A stretch of 64,000 nt of DNA, taken from NCBI GenBank assembly GCA_964432155.1, contig CAYSMF010000012.1, forward strand, positions 2,758 to 66,757, given 5' to 3'. Below the pieces are notes generated by a model, which saw only the letters and a program-made list of their open reading frames with translations, had not been told where the DNA came from and did no database searches. Below, piece by piece: positions 1 through 8,493 of the stretch; the first letter of the stretch is position 1, and every line of letters starts with the position of its first letter. This DNA is from an uncultured Melioribacter sp. GTDB lineage: Bacteria; Bacteroidota; Ignavibacteria; Kapaibacteriales; Kapaibacteriaceae. A program made the position numbers and the translations under genes.

Positions 1-22
1 ACTGCGGTTGACCCGTTTTCAT

Positions 23-928
23 TTATGCCGGGATCTCAATAGTCCAACCACCTGATGGTGGTGCAGGGAGCGTGCGACCAAGAATCCATGGGTTGAGGAT
101 CTTGACATCCTTGTACGTTGTGTTTTGCTGACGGGCCCATGTGGCAACGTCTGCAACGGCATCACGCACAACTACGCTGCGCGTTGTACTCGGATGGTAG
201 CGATCGCGCTCAGGAATGACGATGCCATACTCGGTAGCGTGCTCCATGATGTGCTTGATGACAGCAATGCGAAGCAGGTAGCGCGACGTTTCTTCGTTGA
301 GATACAAGTCATAAAACTCCGTGGCTTGCTGGTAGTCCTTGGAGCCGCGGAGACTTTCATGACCCATGTTGTATCCAGCGGCGGCATTGGCCCAGCTTCC
401 ATTCGCTGCTCGACCAGACTTGAGATAGGCGATAGCAGCACGCGTGCTCTTCACAACATTTCGACGTTCGTCGACATTGTCGTTGATGACAAGACCATGC
501 GCACGTCCAGTTCCTGGAATGAACTGCCACAGTCCAACGGCATCCTTCGACGAGCGAGCCATGAATAGCGCACTCTCGGCAACACTCAGATACTTCAAAT
601 CATCTGGCACACCGGCGGCCTTAAGCTCGCGTTCGAATACCGGGAAGTACCGTGCTGATCGCTTGATGTATAAGATGAGTTGTCCGGGCGATTGCAGGTT
701 GAGATAGAACTCACGCTCAGCACGCTCGCGCACTTCGGGAATGTCGAGAGGAACTGCTTCCCCGCAGAACGTAAGTGTTGCAGGGAGCTTCCATGTGCTA
801 ATCGGTAGGGGGCTCGGAGTTGATGATGAACTCGATGCGCCACGTGCGCTATCGGTACAGCCGGTGGTGTAGCACAAACATGTTCCCGCGAACAGTGCTA
901 GGGCGAAATGCGAAATGCGTGTGTGCAT
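23..928 (-). CDS. lytic murein transglycosylase (MltD-like, SLT domain) lipoprotein
   Basis: 301 aa ORF with a lipoprotein-like N-terminus (ALFAGTCLCYTTGC). SLT-domain motifs ES..GLWQF and AYNMG are present. Confidence 0.7.
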   Translation of the reverse strand: MHTRISHFALALFAGTCLCYTTGCTDSARGASSSSSTPSPLPISTWKLPATLTFCGEAVPLDIPEVRERAEREFYLNLQSPGQLILYIKRSARYFPVFERELKAAGVPDDLKYLSVAESALFMARSSKDAVGLWQFIPGTGRAHGLVINDNVDERRNVVKSTRAAIAYLKSGRAANGSWANAAAGYNMGHESLRGSKDYQQATEFYDLYLNEETSRYLLRIAVIKHIMEHATEYGIVIPERDRYHPSTTRSVVVRDAVADVATWARQQNTTYKDVKILNPWILGRTLPAPPSGGWTIEIPA

Positions 929-1518
929 AGACGAGTCTCACGATCATCATTGGTTGCAAGTAGAGTGATTCCGCCACGACGCTGTTGTTCGCGGATGATA
1001 GACTCGCAGATCGATCGACCGGCCTCATCCAGCGTCGACCCCGGCTCGTCAAGCAGCAGGAGCGGTGGAGCTAACACCACAGCGCACGCCAGTGCAACAC
1101 GTTGTTTCATGCCACTGGAGAATGTCGAAATACGATCATGGGCGCGGTGATGAATCTCAACCATGGCGAGTGTTTCCAACATATGTGCATCGCTGCATTG
1201 TCGGCCATGCAGGTTCGCATGCAAGTGAAGGTGCTCATGCGGTGTGAACTCCTCGTACAGTTCAAGGTATGGCGCCACGATGCCGCAAACTGCGCGGCGT
1301 CGGGCCGCATCCAATGCAACGCCGTCGAGGATGCACGTGACGTTTCCAGCGTCGGCTCGCACGACGCCTGCCACCACTTTAACAAGTGTCGATTTGCCAC
1401 TACCGTTTGCTCCAAGGATTCCAAGGACGTCACCCGAGGAAGCAGAACACGTGACATCGTTGAGAACACGACGTCCCTGATATGCTTTCGATACTGATGT
1501 GAGCTCGAGCGAAATCAT
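898..1518 (-). CDS. ABC transporter ATP-binding protein (small, 206 aa)
   Basis: Walker A GANGSGKST, ABC signature SSGMKQRV, Walker B LLLLDEP. No permease partner is in this window. Confidence 0.75.
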   Translation of the reverse strand: MISLELTSVSKAYQGRRVLNDVTCSASSGDVLGILGANGSGKSTLVKVVAGVVRADAGNVTCILDGVALDAARRRAVCGIVAPYLELYEEFTPHEHLHLHANLHGRQCSDAHMLETLAMVEIHHRAHDRISTFSSGMKQRVALACAVVLAPPLLLLDEPGSTLDEAGRSICESIIREQQRRGGITLLATNDDRETRLCTHAFRISP

Positions 1519-3140
1519 CGTTGGATGAGCAGCTTAGTGAGCGTCGATGCGCGTGGCGTTTCTGCTCGCACAAGATAGGTGCCAGGTGCAAGATCACCGT
1601 CGATATCAAACGGTGCCACAATGCGATCGTCATCCAGAGCGACTGTTGCTGTTGTGGTGCGGAGTGCAACACCACTCATCGTCAGAAGCGAGAGTGTGAC
1701 GCGCGTACCGAGCGACTCGTTTGCAATTGGAATGAAGACGCGGCGGTCACGCTGAAGTGAAAGGGGCTGAGGGTAGGGCCCACTCAGCGATACCGTCTGT
1801 GCGCCTTCAACGAACGAGCAGTATGCCGACTCGATTCGTAGACCCCAGTTGGTGCCTTCAATGCGCATGTCGGCTCCCGTGGGGGCATTGGTTGCTTCGA
1901 TGCGGTACTTGCCATCAGGACCAGAGCCCTGATTTGCGTATCCCGTTTCGTCGGCATCGCAGACGATCATGCCGACACTTACAGGTGGACGTGATGACGA
2001 CGATGGGATGGAGAAGCGAAATGCTCGAAGCTCGAATCCGACGAGGCGACCAATCTCGGTGGTCGTTGGTGCCTGCACCGTCCTATCGGAAAAGAAGCGG
2101 ATTTCAGGAAGAAGCTCTGCTCCCGGCAGGATTGGATTACCTGCACCGCGTGAGCCAGTTCGATAAAGCCATGGCAACGACGAACAGAATACGCCAGCAA
2201 GTGTTGTATCGTGCTTTCGACATGCTTCAACCAATGCTGTACTCGCGCGCATATCGGTTGAAATCAGTTCCCACATCGAGCGCAGTATGTCTGGATGTGC
2301 AGCTGAGAGTGCATTGCCAAACCATCCCCAGACGTACCCCGTGTTTGCCGACTCGTTCGATAATGGCCATGCCTCCGGCGTTAGCAGGAGGCGCGAGGTG
2401 TATGCTGCCCAGTCGCGAATGGAGGGCCATACGCGGATCTCCATCCATGTGGACGTCAGCTCGTAAAGACTACGATTGATTCCTGCTATGCCATACCGAC
2501 CACTTTGAATCGTGTGGTGAAACTCATGCGCGCATGTAACGCGCAGTGCGTCGATACCAAAGGTCGCAAACGATACATTTCCCCGCGCATCGCGGTCCGA
2601 CTCTGCGAAGTCGTTGTCGATGTCAATCCACGTCGTATAGGTTTCTGTGGGCGTTGATCGAATCCGTGCATCAAGCGAGGTAAGGCCGTAGTAGCTCGAC
2701 CCGCCTGGACCTGCCTTCGCAAGGTCACGCAGATAGATGTCGAGTGCATCGCTCCCTCCGGCTCCTCCATCAGGGGGAGGTGCGAGGTATCCCAACGTGT
2801 CGACCTCGACGCGCCACGCGAGCTCGAGTGCTTCAACACACTCTTGCACGAAGTCGGGAATGCCGTCCATCGTTGCGTCGTCAGCTGGCACCGCGTCGGG
2901 ACCTGTGGTCGTGTAGTGGACGCGGAAGCGTCCCGTAGGCGAGTCGTGAAACAGCGGTAGTGTTGGACGTAGCTGTTGTACACCTTCGGCGATCTTGCCG
3001 CGAATGCTAGGTGTCGACCGATCAGAGAATCCACAACGGTTGCCAAGCTCCTGCGCTTGACTCGAGCTCATCAATACAAGAAACGCGAAGAGGAATGCTC
3101 CGCTTCGCGCAGTGATCGATTGATGACGCTGATTACGCAC
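1515..3140 (-). CDS. secreted putative zinc metalloprotease (HExxH) with T9SS C-terminal sorting domain
   Basis: 541 aa ORF with signal peptide and an HEFHH motif. The C-terminal roughly 80 aa resemble the Por/T9SS sorting domain (..GTYLVRAETPRASTLTKLLIQR). Confidence 0.55.
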   Translation of the reverse strand: MRNQRHQSITARSGAFLFAFLVLMSSSQAQELGNRCGFSDRSTPSIRGKIAEGVQQLRPTLPLFHDSPTGRFRVHYTTTGPDAVPADDATMDGIPDFVQECVEALELAWRVEVDTLGYLAPPPDGGAGGSDALDIYLRDLAKAGPGGSSYYGLTSLDARIRSTPTETYTTWIDIDNDFAESDRDARGNVSFATFGIDALRVTCAHEFHHTIQSGRYGIAGINRSLYELTSTWMEIRVWPSIRDWAAYTSRLLLTPEAWPLSNESANTGYVWGWFGNALSAAHPDILRSMWELISTDMRASTALVEACRKHDTTLAGVFCSSLPWLYRTGSRGAGNPILPGAELLPEIRFFSDRTVQAPTTTEIGRLVGFELRAFRFSIPSSSSRPPVSVGMIVCDADETGYANQGSGPDGKYRIEATNAPTGADMRIEGTNWGLRIESAYCSFVEGAQTVSLSGPYPQPLSLQRDRRVFIPIANESLGTRVTLSLLTMSGVALRTTTATVALDDDRIVAPFDIDGDLAPGTYLVRAETPRASTLTKLLIQR

Positions 3141-3149
3141 AAACGTTCC

Positions 3150-3575
3150 TTACCGGAACATTTCCTTGATCATACCCCATGTCCGTTTGATGCCGCTCAC
3201 ATTGTGTGTGACACCGATCGTATTCGAATACGAGGCCGAGCGGTCGGGGGTAACCATCTTGAGACGGTAGGTGAAGTAGTTGCGGGCTACGGAACCGTCG
3301 TTTCCATCTCCCTTGCCGAATGCTTCGTCATCACGGTAGGTGTACACCGAGTTGCTGCCTCGCGCTTGGATCGTAGCGACGTAGCGGAACTGGTTGTCTT
3401 CACCAGCACGCTCGATTTCGTACTGCATCAGATTTGATTCCGCTGCAGACTTCCATTCGAGGGAGATCGATGTGCCGTTTGACTTCGCATTGAAATACTG
3501 AATCGTTACCTGCACACCGTAGGCGGCAAGTGTTGTCACGAAGAGGACAGCGATGGTCAGAAGTCGGCGTGTCAT
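3150..3575 (-). CDS. hypothetical secreted protein
   Basis: ORF with an internal-Met start giving signal peptide MTRRLLTIAVLFVTTLAAYG. The rest is Ig/FN3-like and beta-rich, with no recognisable catalytic motif. Confidence 0.4.
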   Translation of the reverse strand: MTRRLLTIAVLFVTTLAAYGVQVTIQYFNAKSNGTSISLEWKSAAESNLMQYEIERAGEDNQFRYVATIQARGSNSVYTYRDDEAFGKGDGNDGSVARNYFTYRLKMVTPDRSASYSNTIGVTHNVSGIKRTWGMIKEMFR

Positions 3576-3641
3576 TGGGCAAAGATACTGTTGTTCAGGC
3601 AAGCGTGGAAGTACGATTGCGCGCGATACGACATTGTTACA

Positions 3642-3974
3642 TTACTCCGGCTGCGGTATATCGCCGTCAAGAACGGTGAGTGCTCCGCTTGGGCATCCTT
3701 GCACGACCTCGACGATCTCCTGCGTAGATGCATTGTGAGGCTGAATCCAAGGTTTGACCCGTGGATTAAATACAGCCGGCAGATTTCGGAAACAATTTGC
3801 AGAATGCGCGCACTTCTCTGGCTTCCAAACGATCGTAACTTCTCCGTTGCTATAGTGCTTGACGTCGGACATACATCCCTCCGTAGCGTAAGCGAGAACC
3901 CCGTTTGAACGAACGTAGGGAAATGCCGTGGCTTTGTCAAGTGTGAATCCTAGCGTATTGGCCTGATTTGGCAT
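3642..3974 (-). CDS. (4Fe-4S)-binding protein, divergent mono-cluster ferredoxin-like domain
   Basis: C-terminal pattern C.HS.NC....P.VF..W....(x)..CPSGAL is typical of the divergent 4Fe-4S mono-cluster domain. Start taken at the internal Met (MPNQANTLGF), since the longer ORF start has a poor N-terminus. Confidence 0.5.
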   Translation of the reverse strand: MPNQANTLGFTLDKATAFPYVRSNGVLAYATEGCMSDVKHYSNGEVTIVWKPEKCAHSANCFRNLPAVFNPRVKPWIQPHNASTQEIVEVVQGCPSGALTVLDGDIPQPE

Positions 3975-3981
3975 ATATTTG
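3974..3981 (+). promoter_or_regulatory. candidate Bacteroidetes-type -7 promoter element TATATTTG
   Basis: Matches TAnnTTTG 8 nt upstream of the ATG at 3989. No good -33 TTTG at canonical spacing. Confidence 0.3.
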
Positions 3982-3988
3982 TGCACAA

Positions 3989-4408
3989 ATGACTGGTTTT
4001 CGACGATTCCTCGCCCCGTTCCTTCTCGCCCTTCAGATTCTGATGGTCGCGGGCGGACCTGTTCTGGCCCAGTATTGCTGTGGCCAGCGCGTGGAATTGG
4101 AGGCCGAATGCGGTCCAGCATCGTGTTGTCCCGAGCTCGATCCCTGCTGTGAGGACGAGGGGGCAACCCAGGATGCAATGTGCTGTGAAGGCGACGTTGA
4201 GCTGGAGGTAGAATTCACATATGTAGGCTCGGCCGAGGAAGCGATCTTCCCGTCGGTATTCGACGAGCTTGCTCCGCCCCTTGCCGTTCGTTCAGCTGAA
4301 TCATCGAATGTTCCGAGCCGTGTTCTCGAATCGCACGGCATGCACACGCCCGACCTCGCTGTGCATTCACCCCCTGATGCAAGACACTTAGGAGTTTGGC
4401 GACTATAA
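3989..4408 (+). CDS. hypothetical small secreted cysteine-rich acidic protein
   Basis: Signal peptide MTGFRRFLAPFLLALQILMVAGGPVLAQ followed by YCCGQ..C..CC..CC..CC (9 Cys, four CC pairs) in a D/E-rich segment. A TATATTTG -7-like element lies 8 nt upstream of the ATG. The 3-prime half has weaker coding character. Confidence 0.35.
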   Translation: MTGFRRFLAPFLLALQILMVAGGPVLAQYCCGQRVELEAECGPASCCPELDPCCEDEGATQDAMCCEGDVELEVEFTYVGSAEEAIFPSVFDELAPPLAVRSAESSNVPSRVLESHGMHTPDLAVHSPPDARHLGVWRL

Positions 4409-4456
4409 GAGTCCACTTCGTGATGGTTGATTTCTTCACGTTGTGTTGGAGTTCTT

Positions 4457-6697
4457 ATGTCGTACTTCTCAACCAGCGCATTGTCTGCGCTCCTTGTCTT
4501 TGTGGTCCTCCTCGCGTCCACCCCAGCTCATGCAGTCGACGATCTACGCGGCCGCATTCTTGGTCGTCAGCCCGATGGTGCGCTTACACCGTTGCGTGGC
4601 GCAACTGTGCGCTGGAAGGGTAGCAGTGTTGGCGCTGTTGTGAATAGTGCAGATGGCACATTCCGACTCGACAGAATCACTGCAACGGATACGCTTGAGG
4701 TGCGCTTCGTTTCGTACACGACGCAATTCGTTGTGGTAGCGCGCGAAAACGACTCGATCTCCGTTGTGCTTGAGCCCTCATCCACGAATGAGATCGTTGT
4801 CGAGGCCGAAGAATCGGCCATCACACGCGCGCCGGTAAAGACCGAGGTGATCACGAAGAAAGACCTCGCGAAGGCTGCGTGTTGCTCGCTTGCGGAATCG
4901 TTCGAAAAGAACCCATCTGTTGAAGTGTCGTTCGCTGATGCTGTCACGGGTGCGAAACAGGTTCAGCTGCTCGGACTTCGCGGGACGTATACACAGATGC
5001 TGATCGAGGCCGTGCCACTTCCCCGAGCACTCGAATTGCCCTTTGGTCTTGATCACGTGCCGGGTCCGTTCCTGGAATCAATCAGTATTGCCAAGGGTTC
5101 GTCGACGGTTACCAACGGCTACGAATCGATTACTGGACAGATCAATCTGTGCATGCATAATCCAATGTCGAGTCCGACGTTGTATGTGAATGCCTACGCG
5201 AATACGATGCAGCGGTACGAGCTCAATCTCTACGGTGCGCAGAAGCTCACGGATGAACTTTCAACGATGACGATGCTGCACGGACGCGTGATGGATGAAG
5301 CGATGGACCAGAACAAGGATGGCTTCGCAGATGTTCCAACATTTCGTCAAGTCAATCTCGTGCATCGATGGATATACAACGATGATGAGATCGAGTGGCA
5401 GTTCTTTGTACGGGGCTTGCAGGATCGCTACGTGTCGGGTCAGAGCATCGTCCACAATGCAATGTTTGAGCAGCACGATTCAACGTGGGGACGTCCGTAC
5501 GACGTAGTAACCGAGGTTGGACGGATCGATGGATTCCTCAAGTTTGGTCTTCTCAACCCATTCACCGAAATGGAGGAGGGGAGTGGAGTATCGCTCGTTG
5601 TCGCAGGCGTATATCATGATGCTTCATCAACGTTTGGTCTTCGTGCGGCGCGCGGTCTGCAACGCACGGTGAACGTTCGTGGAGTTGTGGCAGCGCCGTT
5701 CACGGAGGATGTCAAGCTTGTTGCAGGTGTGTCGTACCTCTACGACGATGTCCGCGAGAATCTCGACACGAGATCGTTCGCGCGTGTCGAACACGTGCCG
5801 GGTGCATATGCAGAGCTTACGTTGCAGCCAGCGTCGTCACTAACGGTCCTTGCCGGTCTGCGCGCAGATGCGCACAATCTCTACGGCACACGACTCGTGC
5901 CTCGCGCCCATGTCAAGTGGTCGGTAACCGAGATGACGTCGTTGCGCGTGTCTGCCGGACGTGGTTGGCGTGTCGCGAACGTGGTGATGGAGAATCTTGG
6001 CTCGTACGTCAACTCACGTCAAGTGTTGATGGATCCGTCGTTCTTGCCTGAAGATGCATGGAATGTTGGTGCATCGTTAACAACGTCGTTTGAGGTGGCT
6101 GGACGTCCGTTCACGTTCGACGCAGAAGTGTACACCACGCGCTTCTCGAACCAAGTCTATGTCGATTATGATCGGTCAGTTCGTGAACTCTGGGTGACAA
6201 ACCTGCGTGGCGAGAGCTTCTCGACCAATATCATGACGCAGCTCTTGTTTTCGCCAGCTCCACGATTTGATGTCCTCGTGGCCTATCGATGGGTCGACGT
6301 GCAAGCCCCCTACGGTGGCGTGATGCAGCAGCGTCCGCTCGTGAGTCGATCACGAGTGCTGACAACACTCTCGTATGCAACCGAAGGCATGGGCTGGCAG
6401 GGTGATGTGACACTTGCGTGGAACGGTCCTGGACGATTCCCTACGACAGTAGGGAACCTTGCCGTCGACACTCGCTCAACGTCGTTTCCGGGCATGTGGC
6501 GCTTGAATGCGCAGTTCACAAAGCGGTTTGCCGACTTCGACATCTACCTCGGCATTGAGAACGCGCTGAACATGATTCAACGCGATCCAATCATTGGAGC
6601 CGATGCACCATACACGTATCGGTTCGACGCATCACTAGCGTGGGGACAGCTCGATTCACGAATGGTGTACGTTGGGATTCGCTACACACTGGAGTGA
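4457..6697 (+). CDS. TonB-dependent receptor (CarbopepD_reg-like N-terminal domain, plug and beta-barrel)
   Basis: Signal peptide MSYFSTSALSALLVFVVLLASTPAHA, a carboxypeptidase-regulatory-like N-terminal domain, plug-region motifs, and a long beta-rich C-terminal region of about 740 aa. Confidence 0.7.
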   Translation: MSYFSTSALSALLVFVVLLASTPAHAVDDLRGRILGRQPDGALTPLRGATVRWKGSSVGAVVNSADGTFRLDRITATDTLEVRFVSYTTQFVVVARENDSISVVLEPSSTNEIVVEAEESAITRAPVKTEVITKKDLAKAACCSLAESFEKNPSVEVSFADAVTGAKQVQLLGLRGTYTQMLIEAVPLPRALELPFGLDHVPGPFLESISIAKGSSTVTNGYESITGQINLCMHNPMSSPTLYVNAYANTMQRYELNLYGAQKLTDELSTMTMLHGRVMDEAMDQNKDGFADVPTFRQVNLVHRWIYNDDEIEWQFFVRGLQDRYVSGQSIVHNAMFEQHDSTWGRPYDVVTEVGRIDGFLKFGLLNPFTEMEEGSGVSLVVAGVYHDASSTFGLRAARGLQRTVNVRGVVAAPFTEDVKLVAGVSYLYDDVRENLDTRSFARVEHVPGAYAELTLQPASSLTVLAGLRADAHNLYGTRLVPRAHVKWSVTEMTSLRVSAGRGWRVANVVMENLGSYVNSRQVLMDPSFLPEDAWNVGASLTTSFEVAGRPFTFDAEVYTTRFSNQVYVDYDRSVRELWVTNLRGESFSTNIMTQLLFSPAPRFDVLVAYRWVDVQAPYGGVMQQRPLVSRSRVLTTLSYATEGMGWQGDVTLAWNGPGRFPTTVGNLAVDTRSTSFPGMWRLNAQFTKRFADFDIYLGIENALNMIQRDPIIGADAPYTYRFDASLAWGQLDSRMVYVGIRYTLE

Positions 6698-6708
6698 GCA
6701 CCCTGTGA

Positions 6709-8493
6709 TCACTCGCCAGCAATCGGGTTCGACAACACAGGTGGCTTTGGCATATCGCCTTCGAGCGGACGAACCTCGAGATCTTCAAACAGAAGATCTG
6801 GTGTGATCACGCTCGAGAGTACATAGGCAGCACCGCCGCTGATGAACGATGGCACAACACTCGGTGCAAGGAATGAGTGTACTGTGCGCGACGATGAAAC
6901 CGCTATGATGTCCTTGAAGGAGGCGGCTGCAAGGCCGGCAGCTTCTACACCGCGAATGAGTTCCTCGCGTCCGTCCGGAAACACACGGTAGGCTTCCAAC
7001 AGTCCAAGTTTGCCTTCACCTTGGGACACAGGAAGATCGCTGCCAAGCTGACGAATGATCCCTGTGAAGAGCAGATTCTGATCCATCGTTGATCGAACGA
7101 TGATGCCATATGGCAGGTCGCGATCCTTCACCAGCTTCAAGAGTCGCTTCTTAAGCTCAGCGCTGCCGAGCATATGCTTGCGCTCCTGCGAGCTGATGTC
7201 GAGCACGCTAAACATCGTTCCACCCCCGCGAAGGTGTCCGTTGCTTGTCTTGATGCGCTTGGTCGGGACACGCGAAGAGAGAAGGGTTCTCAGATAGCCG
7301 TTTTCGACGAGAAGTACATCCTGCGCGGGTGTCGCTTCATCGTCGATTGTATAACCGCCACACACGGGCTGTGTTCCAATCCGCGAGATGCTCGGACGAT
7401 CGCGTACCGAAAGAAACTCTGGCAGTACACGAGCACCGATCTTATTCTGAAATGCCATTGAGCGCTCGTTCGTCGAGAACCCGCCTTCGGAAAGGGGCGG
7501 ACGTTGCGCAACGAGGTTCGGTGCGAAGTACTGTCCGATGATGCCGCCAGCAGCGCGTCCTTCGAACAACACCGGACCCGAATACGCCTCAATTGTTGGG
7601 GCAGTTCGCTGCATGTCGAGACGCACCGCAAGTGCTCGCACAGCGCGTTCGAGCGAATCAATCGTTGGTAGATCAGACGCCAACGTGCCATATGCTGCAT
7701 ATGTCTGCGCCAACGGCATACCGTCGGTAGCCTGCGTTGTGGCAACAACCTCGATGCCAACGGTGCTTTCGGTTTTGTACATCCGTCGTCCCTCGGAGTT
7801 CACATAGAAGAACTCTTTCGGGATTACTTCCATTCCGACACGCGATTGGTAGATGTTAGGGTAGGAGCGGAACACCGCGCTTAGGCGCTCGATGCGCTGA
7901 CGCATGTCGGCGACGTTTGCGCGCGGTAGCGTCGAAACATCGTTGCGTTCACCACCGCTCGGCATCAAAAAGAAATCCCATGTGGTGTCGCGACGAAGAC
8001 GATTCTTGAGCGTTGATTCCTTCTTCGCGTAGATCTCGACAGCCTGCTTGTAACAGGCATCGGTCGCGAGCCAAAGTTCACGTCGAAGAATGTCAGTTGT
8101 CAGACCTGGAGTCGTGAGTTCAAACGGGATGATCCGATTCTTAAAACTCTCTTCGTCGTCACTCGAACCAAAGAACCCGAGGCTCACATCGAAGAAATTG
8201 GTGTTGTCGAATTTCTCGCCACCAACACGCACGCGCACCGTGATTGTTGCGCGCATTCCCGAGTCGATGTCTTCGATGGTACCCAACACGGCGTGCGCTG
8301 TTGTTGCTTTGCGAAGCTGCAGGATGTATTCGATGTAGTACGGACGTGCCAAGTCGCCGAGTGAGAGCTGCTGCATGGAGCGCTGGAGCTCGGCATCCAT
8401 CGCAGTAAGGATCTCGTCACGCTGAAGTTGCTGAGCGTGAGACGACTGTGTGAGAACAGTCAAGAATGTGCAAAGCGCAAGAAGGCGAATCAT
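6709..8493 (-). CDS. TldD/PmbA family metallopeptidase-like protein (secreted)
   Basis: 594 aa ORF with signal peptide [20 protein letters not shown]. It has the TldD/PmbA-type C-terminal region (..DDE..P, SNGH.R.GG) and is paired with a paralog immediately upstream. Confidence 0.65.
   Translation of the reverse strand: MIRLLALCTFLTVLTQSSHAQQLQRDEILTAMDAELQRSMQQLSLGDLARPYYIEYILQLRKATTAHAVLGTIEDIDSGMRATITVRVRVGGEKFDNTNFFDVSLGFFGSSDDEESFKNRIIPFELTTPGLTTDILRRELWLATDACYKQAVEIYAKKESTLKNRLRRDTTWDFFLMPSGGERNDVSTLPRANVADMRQRIERLSAVFRSYPNIYQSRVGMEVIPKEFFYVNSEGRRMYKTESTVGIEVVATTQATDGMPLAQTYAAYGTLASDLPTIDSLERAVRALAVRLDMQRTAPTIEAYSGPVLFEGRAAGGIIGQYFAPNLVAQRPPLSEGGFSTNERSMAFQNKIGARVLPEFLSVRDRPSISRIGTQPVCGGYTIDDEATPAQDVLLVENGYLRTLLSSRVPTKRIKTSNGHLRGGGTMFSVLDISSQERKHMLGSAELKKRLLKLVKDRDLPYGIIVRSTMDQNLLFTGIIRQLGSDLPVSQGEGKLGLLEAYRVFPDGREELIRGVEAAGLAAASFKDIIAVSSSRTVHSFLAPSVVPSFISGGAAYVLSSVITPDLLFEDLEVRPLEGDMPKPPVLSNPIAGE

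Noticed and set aside
1757-2479. 240-aa plus-strand ORF and other 60-180 aa ORFs antisense to the metalloprotease, secA, S8 protease and gdhA genes
   Set aside because: These are typical high-GC antisense open frames: Arg/Ser/Cys/His-rich, no motifs, fully nested within well-supported genes on the opposite strand.
3975-4457. Possible cobalamin or other riboswitch upstream of the TonB-dependent receptor
   Set aside because: No B12-box (GCCACTG-like) or other riboswitch core motif was seen. The region is instead occupied by a signal-peptide-bearing ORF.
4033-4521. 162-aa minus-strand ORF spanning the Fer4/TonB-dependent receptor divergent intergenic region
   Set aside because: Ser/Thr/Arg-rich composition with no signal or motif. 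It overlaps the TonB-dependent receptor signal-peptide region in antisense. The plus-strand Cys-rich ORF with a signal peptide is the more plausible reading, and even that is uncertain.
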